Shown here one piece after another: positions 27,467 through 38,487 of a stretch of 64,000 nt of DNA. Each line of letters begins with the position of its first letter. Positions within the stretch are counted from its first letter, which is position 1. This DNA is from Vicinamibacterales bacterium. GTDB taxonomy: Bacteria; Acidobacteriota; Vicinamibacteria; Vicinamibacterales; UBA8438. Where the stretch lies: assembly GCA_963663815.1 (NCBI GenBank), contig OY760734.1. One strand, given 5' to 3'. Position numbers and translations under genes: made by a program. The notes under the pieces were generated by a model that saw nothing but the letters and a program-made list of their open reading frames with translations, ran no database searches and had not been told where the DNA came from.

Positions 27467-27721
27467 GAAGACACATTCTCCCTCGGATCCCTCGGTGTGG
27501 ACGTCGTGCGCCGAGGCGTTCAGTCGCGCCCTTGAGGAGCTCGGCGGTCCTGGAGTCGGCGAGGGACTCGGGCAGCTGGTCGCGCCAAGCCCCGTATTTG
27601 GCCTGCCAGGGCGCGGAGCTCGGCCAGGGGGCCGCGGCCCACCGTGCCGGCCGCGGCTTCGCCCGGGGCGGGCCCGCCGCTCCTGGGACGGGGAAAAGTG
27701 AGGCGGTCAGCCATGAAGACA
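27452..27721. repeat. perfect 22-bp direct repeat pair bracketing a 226-bp spacer
   Basis: GAGGCGGTCAGCCATGAAGACA occurs at 27452-27473 and 27700-27721. On the minus strand each copy encodes ...CLHG-stop overlapping ATG-GCT-GAC-CGC (MADRL...). Confidence 0.95.
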
Positions 27722-28147
27722 GGCGTTGAGCCACGCCAGTTGCTGGCCCTGCCGCAAGCCGCTCATCGGGACGCGCACCGCAAGACCCCGCTCGTGCAAT
27801 TGCGGTTCGAGAAACTGTCGATACTGTTGGCCCGCAAGAAAGACGACCGTATCAACGCCGTCGAGGCACGGCACGAGCGCGGCAAGCACGCGGCCGGCCC
27901 AAGCGCGCCGTTCCTCGACACGCATCGTGTTCAGGGTCTTTTCGTAGGGCTCGATTTCTTCTTCCGGATGAATCAAACCGTACTGCGCCGACAAGATGCG
28001 CCACGGGCATCCCGTCGTCTCCACACAGGCCCTCGCCTTTCGGAACCAGTTGGAGGTGTAGAGGTCCATCGCCGCCGCCGGCATCGCCCCTTTGGTCTTC
28101 ACGCAGGAGATCAGAAACAGCCGGCTGCCGTTACCGCCTTCCAGCAC
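27707..28147 (-). CDS. DUF6884-like small protein
   Basis: GTG start. The pattern RLFLISCVKTK...AMDLYTSNWFRKAR...WRILSAQYGLIHPEEEIEPYEKTL matches my recollection of DUF6884. Many A/T-ending codons (ttt, ctt, gaa, caa, tat), unlike neighbouring genes. Confidence 0.55.
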   Translation of the reverse strand: MLEGGNGSRLFLISCVKTKGAMPAAAMDLYTSNWFRKARACVETTGCPWRILSAQYGLIHPEEEIEPYEKTLNTMRVEERRAWAGRVLAALVPCLDGVDTVVFLAGQQYRQFLEPQLHERGLAVRVPMSGLRQGQQLAWLNACLHG

Positions 28148-28233
28148 AGTCTCATCGCTCCTGGCCGCCCCGCCGCGCCAGGCGCGGCCTGGGGCTCACC
28201 ACGGCCCCAGAGTCGCGGCAGCGCATCGGGCGA

Positions 28234-28782
28234 TTGAAGACGAAGCATTCCCGCGTCGCCTCGCACTACCAGATCGGGGTCACCGCCGACGAGACCGGCG
28301 AGAAGGCCGTCGCCCTCACCTGGACCCGCCGTCCCCGGGACGGCTCGATGGCCACCCATCCCGGGGTCTACTGCCTGCGCAGCAGCGAGACCGCGTGGGA
28401 CGAAGACGCCCTGTGGCGCACCTACACCACCCTCACCGACGTCGAGGCCGTCTTCCGCTCGCTCAAGTCCGAGCTCGGCCTGCGCCCCATCTACCATCAC
28501 AAGCCGCGGCGGGCCGACGGCCACCTGTTCATCACCGTCATCGCCTACCAGCTCGTCCAGGTCATCCGCACCCGACTGCGCGCACACGGCAACGCCGCCA
28601 GTTGGACCACGTTGCGCCGCATCCTCGACGGCCAGCAACGCGTCACCGCCACCTTCCGACGCCCCGACGGGCGCACGCTGCACGTGCGCACGGCCACGCA
28701 AGCCGAACCCGGGCAGCGGGACATCTACGACGCGCTCGGCGTCGACCCGCACCCCGGGGGCGTCCGCAAGACCGTCGTCTGA
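28234..28782 (+). mobile_element. C-terminal fragment of an IS1634/IS4-family transposase (5-prime truncated)
   Basis: YTTLTDVEAVFRSLKSELGLRPIYHHKPRRADGHLFITVIAYQL has the Y-x2-x-x3-E-x6-K spacing typical of the IS4/IS1634 C-terminal region. The catalytic N-terminal two thirds are missing. An AT-richer terminal segment follows (28800-28900). Confidence 0.7.
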
Positions 28783-29036
28783 CCGCCCCCCCTCACCGGT
28801 TTCGTGCACGTTTGTAGTGCCACTCGGGAATTATTGTCGCCGTAAGCCCTTTACCTACAATAGGTTGGGTTTTGGGTTGGTAAACTTGGGCTAGTTCTTC
28901 AGGAAGCTGACGGCGGCTGGATCACCGCCTACACTGGCCCCCAATCCCACTGCCCCGACTGCGGGGGCAGTCCGTGAGTCCGCCCCGCGGTGGCAGCTCT
29001 TGGTGTCCCTGTGCTGGGGCTCATCGAGCAGGACCT

Positions 29037-29414
29037 TCAGATGACGACCAGCGATGGACGTGCCGCCCGGCGCACCGCTGCCACGAGAATGGACGTGTCG
29101 AACGTCACGAGGCGACAGCCGTGCTCAACAGCCAGGGCCAGAAGATAGACATCCGTCAACTGCCGGGGGCGCGAGACGACCGGTGGTACGGTCCCGAAAT
29201 CGCAGTTCGCATCCGCATCACGGCGTCGGCAACGCTCAGCGTGTTCGGATACGCAGGTTGCGACAGAATGCGCACGCAGCCGTTCTGCGTCAGCGGGCAG
29301 GACGCCCAACCGTGGTGGATATTGCCCGCGAGCCAAGTCTCGGCCGCCGAGTTGTGCGTGTGGTTCTCGTCGAGCAACGCGACGAGTAAAGTTCACGTCC
29401 AGCAACGCCCTCAA
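29037..29414 (-). pseudogene. vapC: vapC (PIN toxin) disrupted by frameshifts and a probable internal deletion
   Basis: The PIN sequence is split over two frames. LLDVN is in the frame starting at 29414. LLVALLDENHTHNSAAETWLAGNIHHGWASCPLTQNGCVRILSQPAYPN is in the frame of ORF 29156-29377. RQLTDVYLLALAVEHGCRLVTFD is back in the first frame. The first shift is at the A-run 29388-29390. The segment between PYH and RQLTD is shorter than expected. Confidence 0.7.
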
Positions 29415-29417
29415 CGT

Positions 29418-29660
29418 TCAAACGCCCAGATCATCGCGAATCTTGTTGACGACTTCGTTGGTCACCACCGACCCGCCGGCCGGGATCGGCCTGAACCCGT
29501 ACCGCTCGCGCGCCCGCATGGCGCTCGTCCCGCCGCCTCTAGCTGGCAACGCCTCCCGCAGGAGCTCGGAGACGAACTGTCCGACGGGCTTGCATTCCTG
29601 CGCCGCAAGCACCTTCGCTGCATTCAGGATGTCCTCGTCGAGATCGAGGGTGGTACGCAT
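29418..29660 (-). CDS. vapB: VapB-type antitoxin
   Basis: MRTTLDLDEDILNAAKVLAAQECKPVGQFVSELLREAL is typical of VapB partners of this PIN class. Its stop is 3 nt upstream of the vapC start. Confidence 0.75.
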   Translation of the reverse strand: MRTTLDLDEDILNAAKVLAAQECKPVGQFVSELLREALPARGGGTSAMRARERYGFRPIPAGGSVVTNEVVNKIRDDLGV

Positions 29661-29985
29661 GGCTCTTCCTCTCCACTACACCGCGACGCCCCCACACGCA
29701 CCAAAGCGCTGGGAGACCCTGCGCCTGTGGCGACGCCGACGGCTCCTGCGACTCCTGCTATCACCCCAGGGCGGGGGCGCTGAACGCCGTCTCACGCCTC
29801 CCCGACTAGCGCGCGGCGCTGCCGGAAGGTCTCGGCGATGTCCGCCGCCCTTCGCAGGGGGCGGCCGCCGCGTCCGCCAACAGTCGATCTGAGCACGCCC
29901 AGTAGATGCTCGCGTTCCGGGCCCTTGCCCCGGCCGCGGCGAGAGCGGACGGCGTCGGCCACCCAGCAGTCCCCGTCCGTCCGGG

Positions 29986-32214
<2,229 letters not shown>

Positions 32215-32354
32215 GGTGTCCCCGATTGCGGCGTCGAACGATAGTGGACCGGCCCCGGACGGGCACGGATCCGACGATCGTACCCGATCCGTGACGCCGG
32301 GACACGCGCGCGACGCCGGAACACGGGAGCCCGCGCCGGTGACGATATAATCCC

Positions 32355-33677
32355 GTGCCTGCGATGCCTCCACTGCACGGGCTGCGTGTAATCGACCTGA
32401 CCCGGGTGCTTGCCGGGCCCTACTGCGCCATGATGCTGGGCGACATGGGGGCCGACGTCATCAAGGTCGAGGAGCCCTCGCACGGCGACGACACCCGGGC
32501 CTGGGCGCCGTTCGCCGACGGGGTCAGCACCTTCTTCCTGGGGCTGAACCGCAGCAAGCGGAGCGTCGGCCTCGACCTCAAGACCCCGGCCGGGGCCGGC
32601 GCGCTGCGGGCCCTGCTCGCCGACGCCGACGTCATGATCGAGAACTTCAGGCCGGGCAGCCTGAAGAAGCTGGGGTTCGACTACGAGTCGATCCGCCGCG
32701 ACCATCCCCAGCTCGTCTACTGCTCCATCACCGGCTACGGCCAGCAGGGCCCCCGGCGCAACCTGCCCGGCTACGACGCGGTCATCCAGGGCGAGTCGGG
32801 GGTCATGCACGTCACCGGCGCCCGGGACGGCCCCCCGACGCGGGTCGGGGTCGCGATGACCGACTTCCTGGCCGGGCTGTACGCGATGAACGGCATCCTC
32901 CTCGCGCTGCGCGACCGCGACGAGACGGGGCTGGGGCAGCACGTCGACATCGCCCTCCTCGACTCGATGACCTCGACGCTGGCCCTCCCCGCCAACGTCC
33001 TCTTCGCGACCGGCGAAGAGCTGGGCCGCGAGGGCAACGACCATCATTCGCTCACGCCGTACGAAGCGCTGGAGGTCAGCGACGGGCTGGTCATGATCGC
33101 GGTCGGCAACCAGCGGCTCTGGCGCCAGTTCTGCCGGGCCATCGACGAGCCGGAGCTGGAGACGGATCCGCGCTTCGTGACCAACACCGAGCGCATGCGG
33201 CACCGGGGCGAGCTCAAGGCCCGGCTCGGGTCGCTGCTCGGCGGCTGGACCCGCGACGCCGTCATCGAGCGCCTGCGGGCGCACGCGGTCCCCTGCGGGC
33301 AGGTGCGCTCGCTGGCCGAGGCCCTCGCCGACCCGCAGCTCGCGGCGCGCGACATGGTGGTGGAGCTCGACCACCCGCGGCTCGGGACGATTCAGGCACT
33401 GGGAAACCCCATCAAGCTGTCGCGCACGCCGGCCGTCGTCGACCGGCCTCCGCCGGCCCTCGGCGAGCACAACGAGGAAGTTCTGGCCGACCTGCCGGCC
33501 GCCGACCTGCCGGCCACCTCGAGGACCGACCGCGACTCGGGTTCCCCCGCCGCGGCCAGTGACCCGCCGGCCACGGACCCGCCGGCCACGGACCCACTGG
33601 CGGCGGAGGGGCCGGCGACGGAAGCACCGGAGGAAACGGCGCGGGCGGCCGCGGTGACCGCCGACGTCGGGGAGTGA
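32355..33677 (+). CDS. family III CoA-transferase (CaiB/BaiF-type) with a low-complexity C-terminal tail
   Basis: [35 protein letters not shown] and the DDTRAW motif. The tail [25 protein letters not shown] is encoded by a short 15-bp tandem duplication. Confidence 0.85.
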   Translation: MPAMPPLHGLRVIDLTRVLAGPYCAMMLGDMGADVIKVEEPSHGDDTRAWAPFADGVSTFFLGLNRSKRSVGLDLKTPAGAGALRALLADADVMIENFRPGSLKKLGFDYESIRRDHPQLVYCSITGYGQQGPRRNLPGYDAVIQGESGVMHVTGARDGPPTRVGVAMTDFLAGLYAMNGILLALRDRDETGLGQHVDIALLDSMTSTLALPANVLFATGEELGREGNDHHSLTPYEALEVSDGLVMIAVGNQRLWRQFCRAIDEPELETDPRFVTNTERMRHRGELKARLGSLLGGWTRDAVIERLRAHAVPCGQVRSLAEALADPQLAARDMVVELDHPRLGTIQALGNPIKLSRTPAVVDRPPPALGEHNEEVLADLPAADLPATSRTDRDSGSPAAASDPPATDPPATDPLAAEGPATEAPEETARAAAVTADVGE

Positions 33678-33680
33678 CGG

Positions 33681-34514
33681 ATGGACCATCGCAGGACGAC
33701 GCCGGAGACGCCCGGACGGGAACGGTGCGGCACTTGCGGCGCGGCGGGGCTCGCGGTCCGTCTCGCCTGCATCGGCGCGATGCTGGGGGCCGCATCGGCC
33801 GCGGATGCACAGGACGGCGCCCGCTTCGGCGGCCGCCTCTCGGTCGTGCCGGTCGACTTCGCGACGCGCCCCGACGTGTCGGGCTCGGGCGAGGCCGAAG
33901 CGGTGCTCGATGGCCGCGCCCTCACGATCGCCGGCACCTTCGAGGGGCTGAGCTCGCCCGCCACCGCGGCCCGTCTCCACCGGGCGCCGCCGGCCCGGCG
34001 CGGCCCCGCCGTGTTCGCCCTCGACGTCACCACCGCCGCGTCCGGCCGCGTCGAGGGCGAGATCGAGCTCGACGACACGCAGGTCGAGGCGCTGCGCCGA
34101 GGCGAGTACTACGTGCAGATAGCGACCCGGAACAACCCCGACGGCGAGATCCGGGGGTGGCTGCTGCCCCGTGCGGAAGCGACAGCCGCCGCCCCGACGC
34201 CGGCCGGCTACCTGGCCAGCCAGGCGCGGACCGGCGCCGTCGCCTACCGCAACGTGTGCGCCTCGTGCCACCAGCCCGACCTGAGCGGCGGCCTCGACAC
34301 CCCCGAGCTCGCGGGACCGGCGTTTCGCAGCATGTGGGGCGGCCGCCCGGTGCGCGAGCTGCTGGGCTACGTCAAGGCGGCGATGCCGCCCGCGGGCCGC
34401 CAACCCGACGAGGGCACCCTCGCCGCCATCGTCGCCTACATCCTGCAGCAGAACGGCGCCGGCACGGGCGGATCGGCGCTCTCGGCCGCATCCGAAGGCA
34501 CCATCGGTCCCTGA
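33681..34514 (+). CDS. CHRD domain - cytochrome c fusion protein, exported
   Basis: Signal peptide. CHRD-like block (GSGEAEAVLDGRALTIAGTFEGLSSPATAARLH...GEYYVQIATRNNPDGEIRGWL). C-terminal CASCH haem motif with downstream Met (AAMPP). Confidence 0.7.
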   Translation: MDHRRTTPETPGRERCGTCGAAGLAVRLACIGAMLGAASAADAQDGARFGGRLSVVPVDFATRPDVSGSGEAEAVLDGRALTIAGTFEGLSSPATAARLHRAPPARRGPAVFALDVTTAASGRVEGEIELDDTQVEALRRGEYYVQIATRNNPDGEIRGWLLPRAEATAAAPTPAGYLASQARTGAVAYRNVCASCHQPDLSGGLDTPELAGPAFRSMWGGRPVRELLGYVKAAMPPAGRQPDEGTLAAIVAYILQQNGAGTGGSALSAASEGTIGP

Positions 34515-34686
34515 AGGCTGGCCTTGCGCGGGCGTCTGTCCTATGATGGACTAGGAGTCTGCGCCGTGGAATGGTGCAGACTCCTGGCAGGGTTGGTTGG
34601 GCGGCAATCGGAGCCGCAGGCGGCGATTTCCGGGCCAGGTGACGCAAGCGTCGTAACGGCAGTCTTTGCGGATCGGGGTCTCGTGT

Positions 34687-35493
34687 ATGGCGGTACGTCC
34701 GAGCCGGCCCACCGGACCGTTCGTGGGCGTCGTCGCGCTGGCGATCGTCGCCGGGGTCGCCTCGTACGACTTCTTCGTCGCCGACCCGCCCATCGAGGAG
34801 CCGGCCCCCGTCGCGGAAGCGCCGGCATCGTCGCCGACAGAGCGGGATGACGTCGTCCGGCCCGCGCCCGGCCCGCCCGTACCCCTCGACCGGAGCGACG
34901 GCATGGTGCGCGACCTCGTCACCGCGCTCTCGTCGCACCCCGGCCTGTCGGCCTGGCTGATTCCCGACGATCTGGTCCGCATCTTCGTCGTGGTGGTGGA
35001 CAACGTCGCCGACGGCCACACGCCCGACAAGCACCTGCCCCCGTGGCGGCCGACCCGGCGCTTCCAGGCCGTGGGCGCCTCCCCCGAGCTCCGCGTCGAT
35101 CCGCTCAGCCACGCCCGCTACGACACCCACGCGGAGATCGTGGCGGCCATCGACCCGACGGTGGCGGCCGAGCTCTTTCACACCTTGCAGCCGCTGCTCG
35201 CGAGCGCTTACACCGAGCTGGGACGCGCCGGGGAAGAGTTCGACGAGACGGTGCTGCGCGCCCTGAGGAACCTCCTCGAGACGCCGGTCCTGGAGCGCGA
35301 CGTCCGGCTGATTCACCGGGCCCCGTTCTTCGAGTTCGCAGACCCCGCCCTCGAGGACCTCCTGCCCGTCCAGAAGCAGTTCCTCGGCATGGGCCCCCGC
35401 AACGTGCGGGCGGTGCAGGCCAGCCTGCTGGAGATCGCCGAGGCGATCGGGTTCGACACCGCCGGCCTGCCCGCGCCCCAGGTCACGCGCTGA
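34687..35493 (+). CDS. DUF3014 domain-containing protein (single N-terminal TM)
   Basis: TM segment GPFVGVVALAIVAGVASY. Blocks LDRSDGMVRDLV, DDLVRIFVVVVDNVADGHTP, YTELG and LPVQKQFLGMGPRN fit my recollection of DUF3014. Start ATG 34687 preferred over TTG 34666. Confidence 0.65.
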   Translation: MAVRPSRPTGPFVGVVALAIVAGVASYDFFVADPPIEEPAPVAEAPASSPTERDDVVRPAPGPPVPLDRSDGMVRDLVTALSSHPGLSAWLIPDDLVRIFVVVVDNVADGHTPDKHLPPWRPTRRFQAVGASPELRVDPLSHARYDTHAEIVAAIDPTVAAELFHTLQPLLASAYTELGRAGEEFDETVLRALRNLLETPVLERDVRLIHRAPFFEFADPALEDLLPVQKQFLGMGPRNVRAVQASLLEIAEAIGFDTAGLPAPQVTR

Positions 35494-35519
35494 CGCGGGC
35501 CGGACACGACCTCCCGCTC

Positions 35520-35948
35520 ATGCGGCTCACCGTCAAGCGTCTCGATACGGCTGGCGCCCGGCTGCCCGAGCGCGCGCATCCCGGCGACGCCGGCCTCGAT
35601 CTGTTCGCGGCCGCCGGCGTCGATATTCCGGCCGGCGAGACCCGGCTCGTCGGCACCGGCCTCGCCATCGAGCTGCCCCCCGGCACCGAGGGCCAGGTAC
35701 GACCGCGCAGCGGCCTCGCCCTGCGCCACGGCGTCACCGTGCTGAACGCGCCCGGCACCATCGATGCCGGCTATCGCGGCGAGGTCGGCATCCTCCTGAT
35801 CAATCACGGCCGGCGGACCTTCCGCGTGCGGGGGGGCATGAAGGTGGCGCAGCTCGTGGTGACGCCGGTGGTCGAGGTCGAGGTGGTCGAGGCGGCCGAC
35901 CTCTCCGAGACCTCGCGGTCGGGGGACGGCTTCGGGTCGACGGGGTGA
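35520..35948 (+). CDS. dut: dUTP diphosphatase
   Basis: AGLDLFAA, VRPRSGLALRHG, GTIDAGYRGEVGILLIN and the C-terminal SGDGFGSTG motif. Confidence 0.9.
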   Translation: MRLTVKRLDTAGARLPERAHPGDAGLDLFAAAGVDIPAGETRLVGTGLAIELPPGTEGQVRPRSGLALRHGVTVLNAPGTIDAGYRGEVGILLINHGRRTFRVRGGMKVAQLVVTPVVEVEVVEAADLSETSRSGDGFGSTG

Positions 35949-35968
35949 TATCGTGAAGCGGCGACGCC

Positions 35969-37876
35969 ATGCCGACCGATCCGAAGCCGACGTCCGCCGC
36001 CGGCGCCACCCTGCGGGTGGCCCTGTGCCAGTGCAATCTGCCGGTCGGGGATCTGGAAGGCAACCTCGCCCGCATCGGCGACCTCGTCGCCCGGGCCTCG
36101 GCCCGCGGCGCCGACCTGACCGTGTTCCCGGAGCTGTCGGTCACCGGGTATCCGCCTGAAGACCTGCTCCTGAATCCCCGTTTCACCGAGGCCGCGGCGG
36201 CCGGCCTCGAGCGTCTCGCGGCGTCGGTCACCGATACCGTCGCGGTGGTCGGGGTGCCGGCCCTGGACGGCGATCTGCACAACGCCGCCGCGGTGCTCGC
36301 GGGCGGCGAGGTCGCCGCCACCTACCGGAAGCACTTCCTGCCGAACTACGCGGTCTTCGACGAGCAGCGTTACTTCGCGCGAGGCGACGCCGCGCTGGTC
36401 CTCGACCTCGGGGGCGTCCGGGTCGGCGTGACCATCTGCGAGGACCTGTGGTACCCGGGGGGACCGGGCCGGTGGGCGGCCATCAACGGCGGCGCGGTGG
36501 TCCTCGTCAACCTGTCCGGCTCGCCCTATCACCGGGGCAAGGGCATCGAGCGCGAGCGGATGCTGGCCCAGCGGGCGGCCGACTACGGCTGCTTCGTCGC
36601 CTTCTGCAACGCGGTCGGGGGCCAGGACGAGCTCGTCTTCGACGGCCACAGCCTCGTCATCGACCCCGCGGGGCGGGTCGTCGCGCGCGGCGCCCAGTTC
36701 GAGGAGGACATGCTGGTGTTCGACCTCGACACCGTCTCGGCCACGCGGCGGCGCCTCCACGACCCGCGCTGGCGGCAGGCCGGCGCGGATCGCGACCGCG
36801 TGAGATCGGTCGCGGTCGGGACCGAGGCGACGTCGCGCGCGTCCGAGCCACCGCTCGGCAAACGGCGATTGCGAACGGCCGAGGCCGCCGCGATGACCCG
36901 TCCGCCCTCGACCAGGGGCGAGCCGCTCGGCAAACGGCGATTGCCTGTGGCCGAGACCGGCGGACCGTCGTACCCGGCGAAGCCGGCCCCTCGGGTCGCG
37001 CCGCTGCTGGACCCCGAGGCCGAGGCCTACCGCGCGCTGACCCTGGGCACCGCCGACTACTTCCGGAAGAACCGGTTCCGGCACGGCGTGCTCGGCCTCT
37101 CCGGCGGCATCGATTCCGCCCTCGCCCTGACCGTCGCAGCCGACGCCCTCGGCCCCGGCGCGGTCACCGCCGTCTCGATGCCGTCGCGGTTCACCGCCGC
37201 CGCGAACCGCGACGACGCGCGGGAGCTGGCGGACCGCCTGGGAGTCGAGCTCATGGAGCTGCCCATCGCCGACCTCGCCGGCGCCTACGATCGCGCCCTC
37301 GCCGAGCCGTTCGCCGGCGCCGCCCCGAACGTGGCCGAGGAGAACCTGCAGGCGCGCATCCGCGGCAACCTGCTGATGGCCCTCTCCAACAAGTTCGGGT
37401 GGCTGGTGCTGACGACCGGGAACAAGAGCGAGATGAGCGTCGGCTACGCCACCCTCTACGGCGACATGGCCGGCGGCTTCGCGGTGCTGAAGGACGTGCT
37501 GAAGACCTGGGTGTACCGGCTCTCGCGCTGGCGGAACCGCGACGGCGAGGTGATTCCGGCCAACATCATCGAGAAGCCGCCGACGGCCGAGCTGCGCGAG
37601 GACCAGCTCGACACCGACAGCCTGCCCCCCTACGACACCCTCGACGCGGTGCTCGAGGCGTACGTGGAGGAGGACCGCAGTCCCGAGGACATCGCCGCGA
37701 CCGGCCACGACCCGGCCCTCGTCGACCGCATCGTCGCGATGGTCGACCTCGCCGAGTACAAGCGCCGCCAGGCCCCCCCGGGGGTGCGCATCTCCGTCCG
37801 CGCGTTCGGAAGGGACCGTCGGCTTCCCATCACCAACCGCTACACGCCGCGTTCGAGCTCCGGCGGACTACCCTGA
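35969..37876 (+). CDS. nadE: glutamine-dependent NAD+ synthetase (CN-hydrolase + NAD synthetase domains)
   Basis: N-terminal nitrilase-like domain (LRVALCQ, FPELSVTGYPPEDL, ICEDLWYP). C-terminal ATP-PPase P-loop GLSGGIDSAL and TTGNKSEMSVGYATLYGD. Confidence 0.9.
   Translation: MPTDPKPTSAAGATLRVALCQCNLPVGDLEGNLARIGDLVARASARGADLTVFPELSVTGYPPEDLLLNPRFTEAAAAGLERLAASVTDTVAVVGVPALDGDLHNAAAVLAGGEVAATYRKHFLPNYAVFDEQRYFARGDAALVLDLGGVRVGVTICEDLWYPGGPGRWAAINGGAVVLVNLSGSPYHRGKGIERERMLAQRAADYGCFVAFCNAVGGQDELVFDGHSLVIDPAGRVVARGAQFEEDMLVFDLDTVSATRRRLHDPRWRQAGADRDRVRSVAVGTEATSRASEPPLGKRRLRTAEAAAMTRPPSTRGEPLGKRRLPVAETGGPSYPAKPAPRVAPLLDPEAEAYRALTLGTADYFRKNRFRHGVLGLSGGIDSALALTVAADALGPGAVTAVSMPSRFTAAANRDDARELADRLGVELMELPIADLAGAYDRALAEPFAGAAPNVAEENLQARIRGNLLMALSNKFGWLVLTTGNKSEMSVGYATLYGDMAGGFAVLKDVLKTWVYRLSRWRNRDGEVIPANIIEKPPTAELREDQLDTDSLPPYDTLDAVLEAYVEEDRSPEDIAATGHDPALVDRIVAMVDLAEYKRRQAPPGVRISVRAFGRDRRLPITNRYTPRSSSGGLP
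36851..36944. repeat. in-frame 72-bp-period direct repeat in the nadE interdomain linker
   Basis: CCGCTCGGCAAACGGCGATTGC occurs at 36851-36872 and 36923-36944 (22 bp, identical). It encodes PLGKRRL twice (EPPLGKRRLRTAE / GEPLGKRRLPVAE). Confidence 0.85.
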
Positions 37877-38151
37877 AGGTTCGAGCTGGCCTGTTGGCCC
37901 CGGTTGATGTGCGCCAACGCTGCCATCTCATTGGGTAAATGCTACACATCCGGCTGCGCAGGCCAACCGGGTCCGGCCGTCGGTCTGAGGTCGCCCAACC
38001 TGACGGGCTTCACGCTGAACGTCGACGACGTGTTCCGAACCCCCGGCGCGTGACGCCTCCAGCCCGAAACCATCGCCCTGCGACCACTGCCGGAGCGGGA
38101 GCTGCCGCCCGGTCGCTCCGGACACGCCTTCCTGCGGGAACGCCGGCTCGG

Positions 38152-38487
38152 TCACTGGGATCCGTCAGGCTCCTCCACCGCGATCATCCGCCCCTTCAGC
38201 ATCCGGCGCACGAACCGCCCCAGCCGCTCGTCGGCCGGCTCGACCCGCTTCCCGAACGCTGACCGCATCGCCTGGGCGATCTCGGCCAGCGAGGTGCGGC
38301 CGTCGCACGCCTTCCAGATCAGCGTCCCCACCTCGTCGAGCCGGATCCGGTAGTGCGGGTCGCCCGCCAGCCCGGCCAGCCAGCGCCCCGGACGGCTCGG
38401 GCCGAAGCGCGGGCGCAGGAGCACGCAGCGGCCGTCCTCCTCGCGCCAGTCGAGCAGCCGCCGCGGCCGCGCCTCGAAGGAGATCAC
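38152..38487 (-). CDS. PqqD-family (RRE-type) peptide-binding protein
   Basis: IRLDEVGTLIWKACDGRTSLAEIAQAMRSAFG...RLGRFVRRMLKGRMI matches the PqqD winged-helix pattern. GTG start at 38487 overlaps the upstream transporter stop (GTGA). Confidence 0.65.
   Translation of the reverse strand: MISFEARPRRLLDWREEDGRCVLLRPRFGPSRPGRWLAGLAGDPHYRIRLDEVGTLIWKACDGRTSLAEIAQAMRSAFGKRVEPADERLGRFVRRMLKGRMIAVEEPDGSQ

Noticed and set aside
28905-28977. Short frame encoding ...GWITAYTGPQSHCPDCGGSP-stop, reminiscent of the zinc-finger N-terminus of ISL3-type transposases
   Set aside because: It is too short (about 20 codons) and has no flanking transposase sequence. It cannot be distinguished from chance.
29661-29985. 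Minus-strand frame ...WVADAVRSRRGRGKGPEREHLLGVLRS...ADIAETFRQRRALVGEA between icd and vapB as a gene remnant
   Set aside because: It has no start codon context of its own (it is the tail of a shadow ORF through icd), and I could recall no family match. It may be a fragment, but this cannot be supported.
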